NCBI GenBank assembly: GCA_036276435.1
Contig: DASUOW010000152.1
Span: forward strand, 1 to 46,623
Source of the DNA: Gemmatimonadales bacterium
GTDB taxonomy: Bacteria > Gemmatimonadota > Gemmatimonadetes > Gemmatimonadales > GWC2-71-9
DNA length: 46,623 nt
Reading direction: 5' to 3'
In this document: positions 9,145 through 17,697 of the stretch, piece after piece
Layout: the number at the start of each line of letters is the position of its first letter
Position numbering within the stretch: position 1 is the stretch's first letter
The notes under the pieces: generated by a model
What the model was told of the DNA's origin: nothing
The model's database searches: none
Seen by the model: only the letters and a program-made list of their open reading frames with translations
Position numbers and translations under genes: made by a program

Positions 9145-9474
9145 TCAGGCCGACTCGGATTCCTCGGCGAGCCAGCGAAGGTAGGCGTCGCTCCCGTGGA
9201 TCACGGGCAGCGCGATGCATTCAGGGACGTCGTAGGGGTGGAGCTCCAGCAGGCGCCGCTCGAGCGCCGTCAGGCGGGTCGAGGCGGACTTGATCTCGAG
9301 GCGCCACTCGGTGGCGCGCTCGAGCTTCCCGTTCCATCGGTAGATGCTCGTCTGCGGCCCGAGCACCTGCGCGCACGCCGCCAGCCGCTCGGTCACCAGC
9401 GTCTCCGCGACCCGCTCGGCGGTCTCGCGGTCGGCGAAGCTGGTGACCAGGACGACGTACGACGGAAACGACAC
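9145..9474 (-). CDS. cutA: Divalent-cation tolerance protein CutA
   Basis: 109 aa with a GTG start. VVLVTSFADRETAERVAETLVTERLAACAQVLGPQTSIYRWNGKLE...ELHPYDVPECIALPV matches the CutA1 family pattern. Confidence 0.88.
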   Translation of the reverse strand: MSFPSYVVLVTSFADRETAERVAETLVTERLAACAQVLGPQTSIYRWNGKLERATEWRLEIKSASTRLTALERRLLELHPYDVPECIALPVIHGSDAYLRWLAEESESA

Positions 9475-9477
9475 TCG

Positions 9478-9870
9478 CTAGTTCGACTTCCCCGGCAGCC
9501 CGGGTGTCGCCTCGGGCGCGATGCCGTCGCTCACGGGGAGCACGGCGACGCGCCAGCCGCTCTTGAACTGGACCGTCAGGAAGTAGGCCGCGGTGTCGGC
9601 CGTCACGCCCACCACGTCGGGCAGCGACTTCGCGTAGGTGACGGCGGTGCCGATCTGCTCGGCGAACTCCTCCTGCGAGGTGCCCTTGTGGGCCTGCGCG
9701 AGGGCGCGGCCGATGGCAACCTTCTGGGCCTGCTCGGGACCGTACGCCGCGAACTGGTCGCCCGGCAGGTAGCCGTCCTGCTGGTCGAGCTTGCCGTAGC
9801 GGTCGTAGGTGGGGCACCCGCCGAGGGCGAGGGCCAGGGGAAGGACGAGAAGGCCGAGCGCACGACGCAT
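9478..9870 (-). CDS. Lipoprotein of unknown function (130 aa)
   Basis: This is the tail of over-extended ORF 9478..10815, with the ATG at 9870. MRRALGLLVLPLALALGGC has a signal peptide plus a lipobox. Confidence 0.6.
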   Translation of the reverse strand: MRRALGLLVLPLALALGGCPTYDRYGKLDQQDGYLPGDQFAAYGPEQAQKVAIGRALAQAHKGTSQEEFAEQIGTAVTYAKSLPDVVGVTADTAAYFLTVQFKSGWRVAVLPVSDGIAPEATPGLPGKSN

Positions 9871-9990
9871 TGCCGGATCCTGATCGGGTTCGGGTCTGGG
9901 GAGCCAGGCCACGTGCCCGGCGGCCGTAATTATCGGTGTCCGAACGGTTACGCGCAAACGGCCGGGGGGTTCCCCGGTTAGGATATCTCC

Positions 9991-10947
9991 ATGCCGACCC
10001 CCCTCCGCCGGACCCGTCGAGCCCTGCTGCCGGCTCTCGCCCTCCTGGCCACCCTCGCCGCGTGTGGGAAGCGGGAGCAGGCCAGCCCGCTCGTCGTCTT
10101 CAACGCCGGCAGCCTGGCGGCTCCCTTCCGGGACCTCCTGACGGCGTTTCAGGCCGCCAATCCCGGGGCCATTCCGGCCCAGGAGAACTCGGGCAGCCTC
10201 GAGGCGGCGCGGAAGATCACCGAGCTGGGCAAGGTGCCCGACGTCCTGGCCGTGGCCGACTACGCCGTCATCGACCGGCTCGTCCGGCCGGCGCACGCGA
10301 GCTGGCAGGTGATGTTCGCCCGGAACGCGATGGTGCTGGCCTATACCGACCGCTCGGCCGGCGCGGACGAGGTGACCGGCGCCAACTGGTGGCAGGTACT
10401 GCTGCGCCCCGAGGTGCGGGTGGGGCGCTCCGATCCGGCGCTGGACCCGGCCGGCTACCGGGCGCTGATGGTGCTCCAGCTGGCCGAGGCGCACTACGCA
10501 CAGCCGGGCCTGGCGGCGAAGCTCCTGCTGGCGATGCCGCCGCGCTTCGTGCGGCCCAAGGAGGCCGACCTCACGGCGCTGCTGCAGGCGGGCGAGCTCG
10601 ACTATGCGTGGACGTACCGCTCCATCGCGCAGACCACGGGGCTGCGGTTCGTGGAGCTGCCGGCGGAGATCGATCTCGGCGATCCCGCGCTCGCGAGCGG
10701 CTATGCGGCGGCGAAGGTGATGGTGCCGGGCGCGAAGCGGCTGGGCGGCGAGATGCTCGAGCTTGCCGGCGAGCCGATCGTGTATGCGCTCACCATCCCC
10801 ACGGCGGCGCCGCATCCCGAGCTGGCGCGCGCGTTCGTGCGCTTCGTGCTCTCGGATTCGGGGCGGGCGATCATCGAGCGGAACGGGTTGGTGCCGATCG
10901 TGCCGGTGATGGCGACGGGGGAGATGCCGGCGGGGTTGCGGGAGTAG
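9991..10947 (+). CDS. Periplasmic solute-binding lipoprotein, molybdate/tungstate/sulfate-type (ModA/WtpA-like)
   Basis: 318 aa. It has the lipobox LAAC. VVFNAGSLAAPFRDL...ENSGSLEAARKI..GKVPDVLAVADY...RSDPALDPAGYRAL is typical of oxyanion-binding SBP_bac_11-like proteins. No permease or ATPase is adjacent. Confidence 0.7.
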   Translation: MPTPLRRTRRALLPALALLATLAACGKREQASPLVVFNAGSLAAPFRDLLTAFQAANPGAIPAQENSGSLEAARKITELGKVPDVLAVADYAVIDRLVRPAHASWQVMFARNAMVLAYTDRSAGADEVTGANWWQVLLRPEVRVGRSDPALDPAGYRALMVLQLAEAHYAQPGLAAKLLLAMPPRFVRPKEADLTALLQAGELDYAWTYRSIAQTTGLRFVELPAEIDLGDPALASGYAAAKVMVPGAKRLGGEMLELAGEPIVYALTIPTAAPHPELARAFVRFVLSDSGRAIIERNGLVPIVPVMATGEMPAGLRE

Positions 10948-10976
10948 GCGCGGCGATCGAAGCAGCAGCCATCCTG

Positions 10977-11106
10977 CTCATTGCGAGGAGCGAGCGCAGC
11001 GAGCGACGAAGCAATCCCGGTGCGAAGAGCGGAACTCCATGTACGCGCACAGGGCTCCGCTCCATGCACCCGGATTGCTTCGGCCGCTGTGCGGCCTCGC
11101 AATGAG
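10977..11106. repeat. REP/MITE-like 130-bp palindromic element
   Basis: The left arm is CTCATTGCGAGG..CGAAGCAATCCCGG (10977..11020). The right arm is CCCGGATTGCTTCGGCCGCTGTGCGGCCTCGCAATGAG (11069..11106). There is an inner GAGCGGA/TCCGCTC pair. The right arm is itself a hairpin (ATTGC-ttc-GGCCGC-tgt-GCGGCC-tc-GCAAT). A related arm recurs at 34973..35008. Confidence 0.75.
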
Positions 11107-11221
11107 CATGCGGCGCAGCGCCCGTGGGAGGGGAGCGTCCCACCCCTGCGCGGGAAGCGTCGCGCCCCCGCACATCGCGGGCTATTTTGCCCTCCTCCAT
11201 ACCACTCCCGGACCAGGCCCC

Positions 11222-12850
11222 ATGAGCGGCGTCTCGAACATCCCCGTCCCCAAGAACGAGCCCGTGCTGGGCTATGCCCCGGGCTCCGCCGAGCGGGCCT
11301 CGCTGAAGGCCGCGCTGGCGGCGCTGAGCGGGGACGTGGCCGATATCCCCGCGATCGTGGGTGGCAAGGAGGTCCGCAGCGGGGACTGCATCGACGTCAC
11401 GTCGCCGCACCGCAACAAGCACGTCATCGCGCGGGCCCATCTGGCCAGCGAGGCGACGATCAAGGCGGCGGCCAAGGCCGCGGTGGAAGCGCAGAAGGAC
11501 TGGGCCGCGCTCCGCTTCGAGGACCGCGCCGCGGTGTTCCTGCGCGCCGCCGAGCTGCTGGCGACGACGCGCCGCATGCTGCTCAACGCCGCCACCATGC
11601 TCGGCCAGAGCAAGACGGCGTACCAGGCCGAGATCGACTCGGCGTGCGAGCTGATCGACTTCCTCCGCTACAACGTGCACTTCGCGGAGAAGATCCACCG
11701 CGAGCAGCCGGATTCGTCGCCGGGGATGTGGAACCGGATGGACCACCGGCCGCTCGAGGGCTTCGTGTACGCCGTGACGCCGTTCAACTTCACCGCGATC
11801 GCCGGCAACCTGCCCACCGCGCCGGCGCTGATGGGCGGCACGGCGGTGTGGAAGCCGTCGCACACCGCGCTGCTGAGCAACTACTACATCATGCGCCTCC
11901 TCGAGGAGGCGGGCCTGCCGCCGGGCGTCATCAACTTCGTGCCGGCCGAGCCGGTGCGCTGCACCGGCGTTCTGCTCGACGAGCCGATGCTCGCGGGCGT
12001 GCACTTCACCGGCTCGACGCCGGTGTTCCGCAGCATCATGCACGGCGTGTCGGAGCGACTCGACCGCTACCGCTCGTACCCGCGCATCGTTGGCGAGACG
12101 GGCGGCAAGGACTTCGTGGTGGCGCACCCGTCGGCGGAGGCGCAGCAGGTGGCGGTGGGCCTCGTGCGCGGCGCGTTCGAGTACCAGGGCCAGAAGTGCA
12201 GCGCCGCGTCGCGCGCCTACATCCCGGCGTCGCTGTGGCCCGAGGTGCAGGACCGCATGGTTGCCATGATGGACGAGATCCGCATGGGCGACGTGGCGGA
12301 CTTCCGCAACTTCATGGGTGCCGTGATCGACGACCGCGCCTTCAAGCGCATCAGCGAGGCCATCGCGCACGCGCGGCAGGCCGCGGGCGTGACCGTCGTG
12401 AAGGGCGGCGGGGCCGACTCGCGCGAGGGCTGGTTCGTGGAGCCCACGCTGCTCACGGCCGAGGACCCGGGCTACCGGCTGATGTGCGAGGAGCTCTTCG
12501 GGCCCGTGCTCACGGTGCACGTCTACCAGGATGCCAGGTGGCGCGACACGCTGGACCTGGTGGACCGCACGTCGCCGTACGCGCTCACCGGGGCGGTGTT
12601 CGCGCGTGACCGCGCGGCGGTCGCCGAGGCGAGCGAGGTGCTGCGGCAGGCGGCGGGCAACTTCTACATCAACGACAAGCCGACGGGCGCGGTGGTGGGG
12701 CAGCAGCCCTTCGGCGGCGCCCGGGCCAGCGGCACCAACGACAAGGCGGGCTCGATCCTCAACCTGCTCCGCTGGGTGTCGCCGCGCAGCATCAAGGAGA
12801 CGCTCGTGCCGCCCACCGACTGGCGCTACCCCTTCATGGGCGCCGAGTGA
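11222..12850 (+). CDS. pruA: L-glutamate gamma-semialdehyde (1-pyrroline-5-carboxylate) dehydrogenase
   Basis: I chose the ATG at 11222 within ORF 11039..12850 (542 aa). The upstream part of the ORF runs through the repeat. It has aldehyde dehydrogenase motifs (VTPFNFTAI, VGETGGKDF, EYQGQKCSAASR). The N-terminal VPKNEP..GYAPGS and C-terminal GARASGTNDKAGS are typical of PruA. Confidence 0.9.
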   Translation: MSGVSNIPVPKNEPVLGYAPGSAERASLKAALAALSGDVADIPAIVGGKEVRSGDCIDVTSPHRNKHVIARAHLASEATIKAAAKAAVEAQKDWAALRFEDRAAVFLRAAELLATTRRMLLNAATMLGQSKTAYQAEIDSACELIDFLRYNVHFAEKIHREQPDSSPGMWNRMDHRPLEGFVYAVTPFNFTAIAGNLPTAPALMGGTAVWKPSHTALLSNYYIMRLLEEAGLPPGVINFVPAEPVRCTGVLLDEPMLAGVHFTGSTPVFRSIMHGVSERLDRYRSYPRIVGETGGKDFVVAHPSAEAQQVAVGLVRGAFEYQGQKCSAASRAYIPASLWPEVQDRMVAMMDEIRMGDVADFRNFMGAVIDDRAFKRISEAIAHARQAAGVTVVKGGGADSREGWFVEPTLLTAEDPGYRLMCEELFGPVLTVHVYQDARWRDTLDLVDRTSPYALTGAVFARDRAAVAEASEVLRQAAGNFYINDKPTGAVVGQQPFGGARASGTNDKAGSILNLLRWVSPRSIKETLVPPTDWRYPFMGAE

Positions 12851-13650
12851 GCCGGGCGCTCGCCCTCCTGCTGGTCCTCGCCGCCCCTGCGCTCCATGCG
12901 CAGGGGCGTGCGCCTTCCTACGGGCCGGCGCAGTTCCGCTGCGTGCGCTTCGAGGAGCGGAGCGGGAGCGACGTCACCACCGAGACGGGCACGCGCCGCG
13001 CCGCCGCCCGGGCGGGCCGCGTGGGCGAGCTGGTGCTGGCGGGCATCCCGCGCGACGACGGCGTGACGCTGGTGTCGTGGTACGACCGGCTCGCGGTCTG
13101 GCGCGTGGCGGCGGATGATTCGCTGGCCCCGGATACCGATGGCGTGCTCGGTGGCCGGTTCCGCGGCACGCTGTCGGCGGACGGGCGCTACGTGGCGGTG
13201 CAGCGGCCCTTCGTGCCGAACGCGGTGCGCGAGCTCTCGGACGTGGCGAGCGCGCTGGACGACCTGCTGCCTCCCCTGCCGGCGCGCGCGCTGGCCGTGG
13301 GCGAGGCGTTCCGTCTCGCCGACACGCTCGCGATCCAGCGGCTGGCCGACAGTGCGGGGCTGCAGCGCTACCGCGTGGAACGCGAAACGGCGGGGCGCGT
13401 GGCGCCCCCGGCCGGCGACACGCTGACGCCGCCCTTCGACCGGGCAGTGCGGGACAACGGCACCTTCGCGTGGCATCCGGAGCACGGCGTGCTCCGCTAC
13501 GAGCGACGCCTGGAGATCGAGGTGCTGGTGCCGCCGGGCGGCGCGGTGAAGCGCGCCGTGCGCTCCGAGGTGGCGCAGCGCACGGCGCTGGTGCGGCTCA
13601 GGGAGGATGCCGGCGCCTGCGCCGCGCTGACGCCGGCCGACTTCGAGTAG
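12847..13650 (+). CDS. Secreted hypothetical protein (267 aa)
   Basis: The GTG at 12847 overlaps the pruA stop (GTGA). MSRALALLLVLAAPALHAQG is a cleavable signal peptide. I recognised no family. Confidence 0.55.
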   Translation: MSRALALLLVLAAPALHAQGRAPSYGPAQFRCVRFEERSGSDVTTETGTRRAAARAGRVGELVLAGIPRDDGVTLVSWYDRLAVWRVAADDSLAPDTDGVLGGRFRGTLSADGRYVAVQRPFVPNAVRELSDVASALDDLLPPLPARALAVGEAFRLADTLAIQRLADSAGLQRYRVERETAGRVAPPAGDTLTPPFDRAVRDNGTFAWHPEHGVLRYERRLEIEVLVPPGGAVKRAVRSEVAQRTALVRLREDAGACAALTPADFE

Positions 13651-13656
13651 GAGCGC

Positions 13657-14091
13657 TCAGGGCCAGCGCGCGAGCATCTGGCGCAGTTCGTCGCGGTGGT
13701 TGCTCTCGTCGGCGAGCAGGGTGTCGAAGTCGGCCGCCAGGCCGATCTCGCCCGCCGCCTCCGCCATGCCGCGACGCTTGATGTAGCGCTGGATGGTCTC
13801 GAGCTCGGCCTCGAGGGCCGCCTGCACCATCTCCTTGGCGTCGTGCACCACCTTCACCGGGGCGGGCTCCGCCGCGGGCACGCCGCCGAGCGCCGAGATC
13901 TTGTCGGCCAGCAGCTGGGCATGGCCAAGCTCCTCGGGGATCTCCGAGGCGAAGAAGGCCCGCAGCTCCTGCCGATACGGGCCCTGCACCATGCTGGCGT
14001 AGAGCCGGTACATGATCACGGCCTGGAACTCGCCGCGCAGGTCCTCGTTGAGCCCGTCGATCAGCGCCTTCATTGCGTCGCTCACGGTCAA
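13657..14091 (-). CDS. Ferritin-like (bacterioferritin/Dps superfamily) protein
   Basis: The ORF is 144 aa. It has a four-helix di-iron-like pattern (LNEDLRGEFQAVIMY...EELGHAQLL...ALEAELETIQRY...ADESNHRDEL). The start is uncertain: TTG 14091, GTG 14085 or ATG 14073. An AAGGAG lies at 14102..14097. Confidence 0.75.
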   Translation of the reverse strand: MTVSDAMKALIDGLNEDLRGEFQAVIMYRLYASMVQGPYRQELRAFFASEIPEELGHAQLLADKISALGGVPAAEPAPVKVVHDAKEMVQAALEAELETIQRYIKRRGMAEAAGEIGLAADFDTLLADESNHRDELRQMLARWP

Positions 14092-14148
14092 GTCACTCCT
14101 TGAGAGTTCTGGTGTCCTGCGGATGTCGCGGGGGTGCCGTCGACGTAT

Positions 14149-14901
14149 CTACCCCACATGCCCGGCACGGATGCCGAGCGGCCAGCGAACGATGCGCCGG
14201 GACCCCGTGTCGCGCCAGCGAGGCGCCAAGCGCTCCGCGAGCTCGGCGAGCGGGTCGCGGCCCTCCGCCACCCGCCCGCGCGCCACCGCCGACCAGGTAC
14301 CGACGTAGCCCAGCAATTCGTCACGGGACATGACGGCGTGCATCTCCATCGCGGGAACCGCGATGGGCTCGAAGGGGAAGGGCAGCGTGGTGAAGCCCGC
14401 GTCGACCAGCACCCGCTCGGGCGGCCAGTAGCGACCGATCCGCTCCTCGTAGAACCACGTCAGGATCGGGTCGAGATCGTCGCCGGCCTGCATGGCGCCG
14501 TAGCACCAGAGCGCGACGGCGCCCCGCGGCGCCAGCACCCGGCGCGCCTCGGCGTAGAACGCGTCGAGGTCGAACCAGTGGGCCGCCTGTGCCGCGGTGA
14601 CGAGATCCACGGCGCCGTCGGCCAGCCCCGACTGCGACTCGCGGCCCTCGACGTAGGTGACGCGCTCATGCCGCGTGGCGTGCGCCAACTGTCCCGCGCT
14701 CGGGTCGGTGGCGCGCACCTGCTCGAAGTGCTCGGCGAGGCCGATCGCCGCCTGCCCGGAGCCGGTGCCGCAGTCCCAGGCGAGCCGGCGGCCCGGCGCC
14801 ACGGAGGCGAGGAAGGCGAACAGCTCGGCGGGATAGTGCGGCCGGAAGCGCGCGTAGTCCGCGGCCTGCTCCGAGAAGTGGTCGGCGAAGCCCGGGCTCA
14901 C
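14149..14901 (-). CDS. Class I SAM-dependent methyltransferase (Methyltransf_11-like)
   Basis: The GTG at 14901 overlaps the permease stop (GTGA), giving 250 aa. LAWDCGTGSGQAAIGLAEHF is the SAM motif I. DLVTAAQAAHWFD and LAPRGAVALWCY are post-I motifs. Confidence 0.82.
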   Translation of the reverse strand: MSPGFADHFSEQAADYARFRPHYPAELFAFLASVAPGRRLAWDCGTGSGQAAIGLAEHFEQVRATDPSAGQLAHATRHERVTYVEGRESQSGLADGAVDLVTAAQAAHWFDLDAFYAEARRVLAPRGAVALWCYGAMQAGDDLDPILTWFYEERIGRYWPPERVLVDAGFTTLPFPFEPIAVPAMEMHAVMSRDELLGYVGTWSAVARGRVAEGRDPLAELAERLAPRWRDTGSRRIVRWPLGIRAGHVG

Positions 14902-15689
14902 GGTGCCCCGGCTGCACGCGCCGGCCGGGGACGACCGATGAGGCGCGCCTCCGGATCGAACAGCAGCGTGGCGAGCAGGAAGGCCACCACGGTCCACGCC
15001 ACGAGCACCACCACGTTCAGGCCGAACCCGTACTCCGCCGGCTGTCCGAACGCGCGCCGTACCAGCTCCACCATGTGCGTCACGGGGTTGACCGACGCGA
15101 AGAGGGCGAGCGGCCGCGGCAGCTGCTCGGCCGGGTAGAGCGCCCCGCTCAGGAACAGGAGCGGGAAGAGGAGCACGTTGATGATCCCGGCGAAGTTCTC
15201 CACCGAGCGCAGCCGCGACGCCACCAGCAGCCCCAGCACCGCGGAGACCGCCGAGGCCACCACGAGCGTGCCGACGGCGAGCAGCAGCTGCGGCAGCGTC
15301 GGGCTCGTGATGAACGGCGCCGCGGCGAGCACCACGAGCGCCTGCGTCGTGCCCATCACCGTCGCCGAGAGCGTGCGCCCGAACAGCACGGCACCCGGGC
15401 CGGCGGGACTCGCGAGCATGAGCCGCAGCATGCCGAACTCGCGATCGTAGACGGTGGACACCGCCGTCAAGGCGCCGCCGAAGAGGCACGCCATGACCAG
15501 CACGCCCGGGTACACGAACTCCCGGTAGGGCATCCCCGACGGCAGTTGCGCGATGGCGTTGTAGCCCGTGGCCACGAGCAGGAGCCACACGAATGGGCGC
15601 GCGATGCCGCCGAGGAGGCGGCTGGGCTGCCGCCGCACGCGACGCAGGTCGCGCGTGGTGATGGCGAGGGCGGTGGTGAGCGCGCTCAT
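14898..15689 (-). CDS. ABC-2 type transporter permease
   Basis: 263 aa. The ATG at 15689 overlaps the ATPase stop (ATGA). It has six hydrophobic segments, and the N-terminal TTRDLRRVRRQPSRLLGGIARPFVWLL is typical of DrrB/ABC-2 exporters. Confidence 0.85.
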   Translation of the reverse strand: MSALTTALAITTRDLRRVRRQPSRLLGGIARPFVWLLLVATGYNAIAQLPSGMPYREFVYPGVLVMACLFGGALTAVSTVYDREFGMLRLMLASPAGPGAVLFGRTLSATVMGTTQALVVLAAAPFITSPTLPQLLLAVGTLVVASAVSAVLGLLVASRLRSVENFAGIINVLLFPLLFLSGALYPAEQLPRPLALFASVNPVTHMVELVRRAFGQPAEYGFGLNVVVLVAWTVVAFLLATLLFDPEARLIGRPRPARAAGAP

Positions 15690-16609
15690 GCCGTCACCCG
15701 CGCGCCGGTGCGCGCGAAGTAGGCGTCCTCGAGCGTGGGCGCGCGGAGCACCGAGCGGGTGAGGCCCGTGGCGCCGGCGGCGCGCTCGAGAACGTGCTCC
15801 TTGCGGCCGTCCAGCCCGATGCGCACCGCGCCCTCGCTCGGCACGACGAGCTTCGCGAGCCCCTCACCCTGCAGCGCCGCCGCGAACGCCGCGGCGCCCG
15901 GCCCATCCACCTCGAGCACCGCGTCACCGAACGGTGCCAGCAGCTCGCGCGGCGTGCCGTCGGCCACCACCCGGCCCTTGGCCAGCATGAGCACGCGGTC
16001 GGCGGGTTCGGCCTCGTCGAGGTAGTGGGTCGAGAAGAGCACCGCCGTGCCGCGCGCGCGCCGCTCGGTGTCGAGGAATCCCCACAGCCGCTCGCGGTGC
16101 TCGGGGTCGAGGCCCACGGTGGGCTCGTCGAGGATGAGCAGCGCGGGCGCGTGCAGCGTGGCGCGCGCGATGTCGGCGAGGCGGCGCCAGCCGCCCGACA
16201 GCTCGCGCGCGAGCTGGCCGGCGCGGGGCCCGAGCCCCATGCGTTCCAGCGCACCGTCGACGGCGGCGCGCGTGTCGCGGCGCGCCACCCCGGCCATGCC
16301 GGCGGCGAACTCGAGATTCTCGCGGACGGTGAGGAACGGGTCGACGGTGGGCTCCTGGAACACGAGCCCGAGGCGGCAGCGCGCGGCGCGACGCGCGCCC
16401 GTCACGTCGTGCCCGAAGATGCGCGCACTGCCGCGGCTGGGCGAAAGCAGCGTGGCCAGCAGCAGCATCGCGGTGGTCTTGCCGGCACCGTTGGGCCCGA
16501 GGAGGCCGACCAGCGCGCCGGAGGGCACGACGAGGTCCAGCGCCTCGAGGGCGCGGACCTCGCCGTAGTCGCGGCCGAGGCCGGCGGCCTCGATCGCGGG
16601 GGTGCTCAC
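15686..16609 (-). CDS. ABC transporter ATP-binding protein (DrrA/ABC-2 exporter type)
   Basis: The GTG at 16609 overlaps the pqqE stop (GTGA), giving 307 aa. It has Walker A GPNGAGKTT, the signature LSGGWRR and Walker B LLILDEPTVGLD, plus a C-terminal extension of about 80 aa as in DrrA-like ATPases. Confidence 0.88.
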   Translation of the reverse strand: MSTPAIEAAGLGRDYGEVRALEALDLVVPSGALVGLLGPNGAGKTTAMLLLATLLSPSRGSARIFGHDVTGARRAARCRLGLVFQEPTVDPFLTVRENLEFAAGMAGVARRDTRAAVDGALERMGLGPRAGQLARELSGGWRRLADIARATLHAPALLILDEPTVGLDPEHRERLWGFLDTERRARGTAVLFSTHYLDEAEPADRVLMLAKGRVVADGTPRELLAPFGDAVLEVDGPGAAAFAAALQGEGLAKLVVPSEGAVRIGLDGRKEHVLERAAGATGLTRSVLRAPTLEDAYFARTGARVTA

Positions 16610-17697
16610 GCCGTCTGCGGCTCCGGGGCGATCCTGCGGTAGGTGAACGGCACCTCGCGGCCCGCCTGGCCCAGCGCATCGCTGATCAGGTGATGATGCG
16701 GGCTCAGGTGGCAGATGGGGTCGGCGTTGGCCGCGTCGCCGGTGAGCGCGAACGCCTGGCAGCGGCAGCCGCCGAAGTCGACGCACTTCCGCTCGCAGCT
16801 CACGCACGGCTCCTTCATCCACGCGTCGCCGCGGAACGCGGTGAACAGCGGCGACTCCTGCCAGATCCACTCGAGCGAATGGTCCTTCACGTTCGGCATG
16901 GGGAGCGTGGTGATGTTCGTGGCGCCGTGGCACGGCAGCGCCTTCCCGTCCGGCGCCATCACCACGTACACCTTGCCCCAGCCGCCGTAGCACGGCTTGG
17001 GGTACTTCTCGTAGTAGTCCGGCAGCACGAACACCATCTGCATCCGGCCACGATACTTCTGCCGCAGCCGCTCGGCCACCTCGAAGGCGCGGTCCACCTG
17101 TTCGGGCGAGGGCATGAGCGCCTCGCGGTTCACGAGCCCCCAGCCGTAGTACTGCGTGTTGGCCAGCTCGACGCGGTCGGCGCCCAGGTCGGCGGCGAGC
17201 TCGATGATCTGCTCGATGCGGTCGAGGTTCTCGCGGTGCAGCACCACGTTCACCGTGAAGGCGAAGTCCAGCTCCTTCACCAGCGCCGCGGCGGCCCGCT
17301 TCTGCTTCACCGAGCGCACGCCGGCGATCCGCTCGGCGTTGTCGTCGTCGGCGTCCTGCAGCGAGATCTGGATGTGCTCGAGCCCCGCTTCCTTGAAGCG
17401 CTCGGCGCGCTGGCGGGTCAGGCCGAGGCCCGAGGTCACGAGGGTGGTGTAGAAGCCCTCCCTTCGCGCGTGCTCCGCGATCTCCTCGCAGTCCTTCCGC
17501 ACGAGCGGCTCGCCGCCCGAGAGGCCGAGCTGCAGCACGCCGAGCCGGCGCGCCTCGGTGAGCACGCGCTTCCAGGTGTCGGTGTCGAGCTCCTGGTTCG
17601 CCCGGATGAGGTCGAGCGGATTGGAGCAGTAGGGGCAGTGCAGCGGGCAGCGATGCGTCAGCTCCGCCAGCAGCGTGGTCGGTCGGTCAGTGGTCAC
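16606..17697 (-). CDS. pqqE: PqqA peptide cyclase, radical SAM/SPASM enzyme PqqE
   Basis: 363 aa with a GTG start. It has the CPLHCPYC radical-SAM cluster motif and a C-terminal SPASM cysteine cluster (CYGGWG...CHG...CVSCERKCVDFGGCRCQA). The start overlaps pqqD by 11 nt. Confidence 0.93.
   Translation of the reverse strand: MTTDRPTTLLAELTHRCPLHCPYCSNPLDLIRANQELDTDTWKRVLTEARRLGVLQLGLSGGEPLVRKDCEEIAEHARREGFYTTLVTSGLGLTRQRAERFKEAGLEHIQISLQDADDDNAERIAGVRSVKQKRAAAALVKELDFAFTVNVVLHRENLDRIEQIIELAADLGADRVELANTQYYGWGLVNREALMPSPEQVDRAFEVAERLRQKYRGRMQMVFVLPDYYEKYPKPCYGGWGKVYVVMAPDGKALPCHGATNITTLPMPNVKDHSLEWIWQESPLFTAFRGDAWMKEPCVSCERKCVDFGGCRCQAFALTGDAANADPICHLSPHHHLISDALGQAGREVPFTYRRIAPEPQTA

Noticed and set aside
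9871-9990. A possible molybdenum-cofactor riboswitch upstream of the molybdate/tungstate-type binding protein.
   Set aside because: The 120-nt spacer is too short for the aptamer and I could not find its conserved segments. Only a short CCGGGG-ggtt-CCCCGG hairpin is present.
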